From: an uncultured bacterium
GTDB taxonomy: Bacteria > Bacillota_I > Bacilli_A > RF39 > UBA660
Length of the DNA stretch: 55,546 nucleotides
NCBI GenBank assembly: GCA_949285875.1
Contig: CASDZZ010000004.1
Span: forward strand, 1 to 55,546
Direction: 5' to 3'
The position numbers and the translations under genes are program-made. Shown here piece by piece: positions 51,205 to 55,546 of the stretch. How positions within the stretch are numbered: the first letter of the stretch is position 1; every line of letters starts with the position of its first letter. Below the pieces are notes generated by a model. The model searched no databases and was not told where the DNA came from. It saw only the letters and a list, made by a program, of their open reading frames with translations.

Positions 51205-52659
51205 ATGAAAAAAATAATTTTATTTTTTAGTTTGTTATTAGTTTTATTACCATTAAAGGTATTAGGAGCAGAAAATGATTCTTATATTGATTGGGAACTT
51301 GATAGGTCCATATTTGTGCATCAAATTAGAAATGGGGAAGATCATGTTACAAATCTTGCAATTATAAAAGCCAACAATGTTATAGCTTATTGCATAGAGC
51401 CAGGTGTTTTAGCAGATAAAGACTCTTATTATAATTCTACTTATAATATAGCTGATACCCCATTAGGAAATATGGATACTAAATATATGAGTTTAGTAGG
51501 ATATTTTGGTTATGGATATGGAAATCATTTAACAAAAGAATATTATATGGCTGCTCAAGAACTTATATGGGAAAGTATGGGAGTTGAAGAAGTTTGGTTT
51601 AGTGATAATAAGTTCGGTGGAAATATATATGATATAAATAAGGAAAAACAGGAAATTTTAGATCTTGTAAGAGGTTATGAAACCATTCCTAAATTTAATA
51701 TAAAAAAGGAATATATGATTGGAGATGAAATAGCGTTAAAAGATGAAAACAATGTTTTAGATAAATATGAATTAGTTAATAATAATAACGTGTCTTTAAG
51801 TAATGGAGCTTTGAAAGTTAGGATAGCCTCTGAAAATATTAGTTTTGAATTGAAAAAAGGAACAGTAGGAAAGGGAATTAAGTTCTATTATAAAAGTGGG
51901 TATCAAACTATAGGAAGCTTTGAAACAGGCTATGAGTTTTCCAAAAAGTATAATATTAATGGTAAATATGGTAAGATAATAGTTGATAAATTAGATTCTG
52001 AAACAAAAAGCAAGAAAACTTTTTCTCCATATGCAAGCTTAAAGGGTGCTGTTTATGCTCTATATGATTCTGAAGAGAAAGAAATAGCTAGAAAAACGAC
52101 TGATGATAATGGAATGATTGTTTTTGATAAACTTCTAAAGGGAAATTACTCTATAAAAGAGATTAGTCCTAGTGTGGGGTATAATGTTAGCAAAACGATA
52201 ATTAGGACCTATCTTTCAAGTTCACGTTTTGAAGCTATTTTAAAGACATATGAAGACATAATAAAAAACAAATTATACATAATTAAAGTATTAGATAATA
52301 AAAATGGAGATTTAGTTCCAGAAAATGGTATTGAATTCATGGTTTTAAATGATAGAAGAGAGGAAGTTTTAAGACTTTTTACTAATGAAAAGGGTATTTT
52401 AGAATTTGAACTTCCTTATGGAAATTATATATTAAGACAACTATCATCTCCGGAGGGAATTAGTAAGGTTGATGATTTGAAAATAAAAGTAACTGAAGAC
52501 GGGTTAAAACAAGAATTTACTCTTATTAATGAAAAATTAGAAAAACCTCCGGTAGTTGAAGAATTACCTAATACCGGAAAAAGAGGATATATAATTTTAA
52601 TTTTGCTTTCAATTTTTAGTTCATTAGGATTATTATATTATGAAAAAAATAGTTTTTAA
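51205..52659 (+). CDS. LPXTG-anchored surface adhesin with N-terminal thioester-type domain (TED/TQxA-like) and two SpaA/Cna-B-like domains
   Basis: Signal peptide 'LLVLLPLKVLGA|EN'. 'AYCIEPG' (Cys63, nt 51391-51393) and 'AAQELIW' (Gln118, nt 51556-51558) fit the [YF]C[ILV][EQ] and Q-x-[AL]-[IV]-W thioester motifs. 'GAVYALYDSEEKEIARKTTDDNGMIVFDKLLKGNYSIKEISPSVGYN' is a prealbumin-like fold repeat. Sorting signal is 'LPNTG' plus a TM plus 'YEKNSF'. Confidence 0.65.
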   Translation: MKKIILFFSLLLVLLPLKVLGAENDSYIDWELDRSIFVHQIRNGEDHVTNLAIIKANNVIAYCIEPGVLADKDSYYNSTYNIADTPLGNMDTKYMSLVGYFGYGYGNHLTKEYYMAAQELIWESMGVEEVWFSDNKFGGNIYDINKEKQEILDLVRGYETIPKFNIKKEYMIGDEIALKDENNVLDKYELVNNNNVSLSNGALKVRIASENISFELKKGTVGKGIKFYYKSGYQTIGSFETGYEFSKKYNINGKYGKIIVDKLDSETKSKKTFSPYASLKGAVYALYDSEEKEIARKTTDDNGMIVFDKLLKGNYSIKEISPSVGYNVSKTIIRTYLSSSRFEAILKTYEDIIKNKLYIIKVLDNKNGDLVPENGIEFMVLNDRREEVLRLFTNEKGILEFELPYGNYILRQLSSPEGISKVDDLKIKVTEDGLKQEFTLINEKLEKPPVVEELPNTGKRGYIILILLSIFSSLGLLYYEKNSF

Positions 52660-53182
52660 ATCATTTTTATTTTTTAGTTGTTTCCTATTATGTTACTTTA
52701 TTTTATACCCTGTTTTTTTAAAGACTAAAGATAAGATTCTTGTTAGTAGTTATTTAAAAGAACCTGTTAGAAATGATTATAAAAATTATAAGGTTTTAAG
52801 TATACCTACAATAAATTTAAAAAATGTAGTAGTAAAAGCAGAAAAAGATTTTTCAAATTTAAACAAATCTTTGGTTTATTTAAATGAATTTAGTCCATAT
52901 GACAAAATGATAATTTTTGGCCATTCTGGAATGGGAGTTGGAACTTATTTTAACCGTTTAAATTTAATAAAGATAGGTGATGAAGCAACTATTCAAAGTG
53001 GATTTAAAGTCTATGCCTATAAAGTTTTTAGAATTTATACTGTAGGTAGTAAGGATGTAAAAATTTTAAACGAGGAAAAAGGAAGCTCAAAATTATTATT
53101 AATTACATGCGATAGAAAAAACAAGGAAAAAAGGTTAGTAGTGGAATTATTGTTAAAATATGTTAAAACCCTTAAAAAATAA
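52640..53182 (+). CDS. Sortase (small, likely substrate-dedicated)
   Basis: N-terminal TM, 'IIFGHSG' (catalytic His95), 'LLLITCDR' (TLxTC-type Cys157) and 'KRLVV' (Arg165). 20-nt overlap with the adhesin gene. Confidence 0.8.
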   Translation: MKKIVFKSFLFFSCFLLCYFILYPVFLKTKDKILVSSYLKEPVRNDYKNYKVLSIPTINLKNVVVKAEKDFSNLNKSLVYLNEFSPYDKMIIFGHSGMGVGTYFNRLNLIKIGDEATIQSGFKVYAYKVFRIYTVGSKDVKILNEEKGSSKLLLITCDRKNKEKRLVVELLLKYVKTLKK

Positions 53183-53295
53183 GAAAAAAACGTGATTTTT
53201 ATTAATAAAATACTTGAATTATTTATACAAAAATGGTACTCTTATATTGTAAGCAGAGTAGCTTATTTAATAAATATATACGGAGGTTTTTAATT

Positions 53296-53571
53296 ATGAC
53301 AAAACAACAATTAGTAGAAATGATTGCTGAAAAAGCTGGTTTAACAAAAGCAGATGCTGCTCGTGCTTTGGAAGCAACTACAGAAAGTATAACTGAAGCT
53401 CTAAAAAAAGGTGAAAAAGTAGCACTAGTTGGATTTGGAACTTTTGCAACTTCAGAAAGAAAAGCTAAAGAAGGACATAATCCTAGAACAGGAGAAAAAG
53501 TTGAAATTCCTGCAAGAACAGCTGTAACTTTCAAAGTAAGTTCTAAATTAAAAGAAGTTGTAAACAAATAA
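53296..53571 (+). CDS. hup: DNA-binding protein HU
   Basis: 'MTKQQLVEMIAEKAGLTKADAARALEA' and 'GFGTFATSERKAKEGHNPRTGEKVEIPA'. ATG 53296 lies 9 nt after 'ggagg'; the ORF track opens at 53233. Confidence 0.95.
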   Translation: MTKQQLVEMIAEKAGLTKADAARALEATTESITEALKKGEKVALVGFGTFATSERKAKEGHNPRTGEKVEIPARTAVTFKVSSKLKEVVNK

Positions 53572-53599
53572 AAAAAAACCATTATAATGGTTTTTTTTT
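53571..53599 (+). terminator. Terminator after hup
   Basis: 'aaaaaaaaccat-tata-atggttttttttt': an A-run and T-run flank a GC-containing stem. Confidence 0.7.
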
Positions 53600-53621
53600 A
53601 TGCATTAATGCTATAATTAAA

Positions 53622-54737
53622 GTGGTGATGGATTTGTTAGAGAAAGCTTTAGAGTTGTTGAAAATTTTTAAAGAAAATGGGTATGAGGCTTACTTGGTAG
53701 GCGGATTTGTAAGAGATTATATTTTAGAAAAAGAAAGTATGGATGTTGATATTTGTACCAGTGCTATACCAAAGCAGATAAAAGAACTTTTTAAAGACGT
53801 AAGATTACCTTTTGAACAATATGGAGCGGTGCATTTAAACTATAAAAAAGTGAATTTTGAGATAACAACTTATAGGATGGAAATAGAGTATAATAACAGA
53901 AGAAGCCCTTCTAAAATTTTTTATACAGATAAATTATTAATTGATTTAAAAAGAAGAGATTTTACTATGAATACTTTATGTATGGATTGTAATGGTCATA
54001 TATTAGATTTGCTTAAGGCTAAAGAAGATATTGAAAATCACGTTATAAAAACAGTGGGTAGTGCAGAAAAAAAATTCAAAGAGGATGCACTTAGAATGCT
54101 AAGGGCTATTAGATTTGCTACAGAATTAAATTTCAAATTGGATGATGAGGTTAAAGAAGCAATTCTAATAAACAAAAATTATCTTAAGGGTTTATCCTTT
54201 TTTAGAAAAAAACAAGAGTTAACAAAAATTTTTTCATCGCCTAATGCTATGATAGGAATTAATTTAATTAAGGAGTTTGGCTTAGAAGAATTACTTGGTA
54301 TAAAATTTAATGAAAAAATAGTAAAAACTTTAGATCCAATCGGAATGTGGGTTCAAGCTAATCCAAGGAGTGAATATCAGTTTACGAACAATGAAAAGAA
54401 TTACATGAACTCTATTTTGACAATATTAAAAGACAAGAGTATAAGTGATCTAGAATTATATAAGTATGGTAATTATATATGTTATATTACTGCCCAAATT
54501 CTTGAATTAGACGAAAAAAGTATTTATGATAGGTATGATAATCTAATAATAAAAAAAACAAAAGATATTGCTATTAATCCGGTAGAGATAATAGATATTT
54601 TAAACATTAAAAATAAGTCTTTTATAAAGATTATTATAAAGGACTTGGAAAATAAAATTTTATTAAAAAAGTTACAAAATGATAAACAAACAATTACAAA
54701 GTATTTGATTGATACTTATAAGAATAATGTGTTATAA
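53622..54737 (+). CDS. cca: CCA-adding tRNA nucleotidyltransferase
   Basis: 'YLVGGFVRDYIL', 'DVDICT' and 'RRDFTMN' class II nucleotidyltransferase motifs. GTG 53622 or ATG 53628 start. Confidence 0.88.
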   Translation: MVMDLLEKALELLKIFKENGYEAYLVGGFVRDYILEKESMDVDICTSAIPKQIKELFKDVRLPFEQYGAVHLNYKKVNFEITTYRMEIEYNNRRSPSKIFYTDKLLIDLKRRDFTMNTLCMDCNGHILDLLKAKEDIENHVIKTVGSAEKKFKEDALRMLRAIRFATELNFKLDDEVKEAILINKNYLKGLSFFRKKQELTKIFSSPNAMIGINLIKEFGLEELLGIKFNEKIVKTLDPIGMWVQANPRSEYQFTNNEKNYMNSILTILKDKSISDLELYKYGNYICYITAQILELDEKSIYDRYDNLIIKKTKDIAINPVEIIDILNIKNKSFIKIIIKDLENKILLKKLQNDKQTITKYLIDTYKNNVL

Positions 54738-54760
54738 TTCACTAAGGAGCGTGGTATATC

Positions 54761-55411
54761 TTGCTTAAGAAAAAACTTAAAGAACAATTGGATAACAGTA
54801 ATCATTATACTATTCCTAAATATGTATTAACTTACTCAAAGCAAGAAAATTTAGATAGAAATTCTTTAATTTTGCTTATTTATTTTTTAAATAAAGAAAA
54901 TAAAGAGATTTTTGATTATAGAAGAATAATAACGGATTTAGAGTTTTCAGAAAAGGAATTATTGGATTCAATTTCAACACTAAAAAATAAGAAGTTATTA
55001 GCGATTGAAATGCAAAAAAATGATCTTGGAATATTGGAAGAAAGAGTTAATATTGAATCTTTTTACGATATTATTTTTTCTAATATATTAACAGAAAAAG
55101 AAGCGGAAGAAAAACAAACTGATTTATTTCAAAATTTTGAAAGCGAATTTGGTAGGACGTTATCCCCGATTGAGTATGAGATAATAAATAGTTGGTTGAG
55201 TAGTGGTATAAGTAAAGAATTAATCTTAGCGGCTCTTAAGGAAGCTGTGTTTAATGGTGTTAATAATTTAAGATATATAGATAAAATTATTTATGAATGG
55301 AATAAAAAAGGTATAAAAAAAGCAACTGATATTAACAAAAAAATCATTCGAGATGAAGAAGAGAAAGAACAAGAAACTTTTGAATATGATTGGTTAAATG
55401 ATAATGATTAA
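54761..55411 (+). CDS. dnaD: DnaD-domain replication initiation / primosome protein
   Basis: C-terminal DnaB_2/DnaD domain 'FGRTLSPIEYEIINSWL...LILAALKEAV...LRYIDKIIYEWNKKGI'. TTG start 11 nt after 'aaggag'. Confidence 0.8.
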   Translation: MLKKKLKEQLDNSNHYTIPKYVLTYSKQENLDRNSLILLIYFLNKENKEIFDYRRIITDLEFSEKELLDSISTLKNKKLLAIEMQKNDLGILEERVNIESFYDIIFSNILTEKEAEEKQTDLFQNFESEFGRTLSPIEYEIINSWLSSGISKELILAALKEAVFNGVNNLRYIDKIIYEWNKKGIKKATDINKKIIRDEEEKEQETFEYDWLNDND

Positions 55412-55471
55412 AAAAAGATATTTCAAATGTGAAGTTGTAAGATAAATGTAGACACATAAAAAGATTTATTT

Positions 55472-55508
55472 AAACCCTAGTTGAGTTCTATACTCAATTG
55501 GGGTTTTA
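55472..55508 (+). terminator. Terminator after dnaD
   Basis: 12-bp stem 'ccctagttgagt'/'actcaattgggg' (with G-U pairs), 5-nt loop, T4. Confidence 0.7.
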
Positions 55509-55546
55509 TAATTTAATGCATAACTTGGTCTTAAATAATTATGATC

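Noticed and set aside
55412-55546. Possible gene or RNA in the last 135 nt
   Set aside because: Only the dnaD terminator hairpin is evident. The remaining sequence is too short and too stop-rich to call anything.

Overview
Very AT-rich chromosomal window from a monoderm, endospore-forming Firmicute. Spore genes present are spoIVA, spoVIF, yunB and an alpha/beta SASP; a sortase/LPXTG pair is also present. AckA, PcrA and the yunB-yutD synteny look Bacilli/Erysipelotrichia-like, but this lineage guess is a low-confidence inference. All similarity calls come from reading the ORF translations and remembered family motifs; no searches were run.

Layout:
- 3' end of an rRNA operon: 23S tail plus an unusually short 5S.
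- A tiny divergent RHH/micro-ORF pair.
- tsaE-tsaB-rimI-tsaD with an orphan type IV pilin-like gene overlapping tsaD.
- A reverse-strand NMT1/SsuA-type ABC importer.
- VanW-like protein, pcrA, rluB.
- A large secreted repeat protein ending in an anthrax-lethal-factor-like (ATLF) zinc protease.
- Ferredoxin, yunB-yutD and neighbours, SASP, ackA, nrnA, engB, der.
- A four-gene interval of poorly characterised genes before spoIVA.
- An 7-gene unit joining an amino-acid ABC importer to arcA-arcB-arcC and a YfcC-type carrier.
- A ~17 kb wall-glycopolymer locus (33.9-51.0 kb).
- A thioester-domain LPNTG adhesin with its own sortase.
- hup, cca, dnaD.

Almost everything is co-oriented on the + strand. 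I found no CRISPR array, tRNA, transposase, integrase, prophage remnant or recognisable defence system.

The most interesting content is the glycopolymer locus:
- A KdsB-like CMP-Kdo synthetase directly abuts a KpsC/KpsS-like transferase next to an ABC-2 exporter. This is the logic of Gram-negative group-2 capsules, here in a Firmicute.
- An O-antigen-ligase-like/GT4 fusion.
- A HAD-like protein with a large unknown domain.
- A doubled GtrB / polytopic-transferase / GtrA extracytoplasmic glycosylation module.

Secondary leads are the ATLF-like protease together with a Pro-Pro site just upstream of the adhesin's LPNTG anchor, the Cys-rich ORF overlapping der, and a micro-ORF coupled to a zinc-ribbon/HExxH protein.
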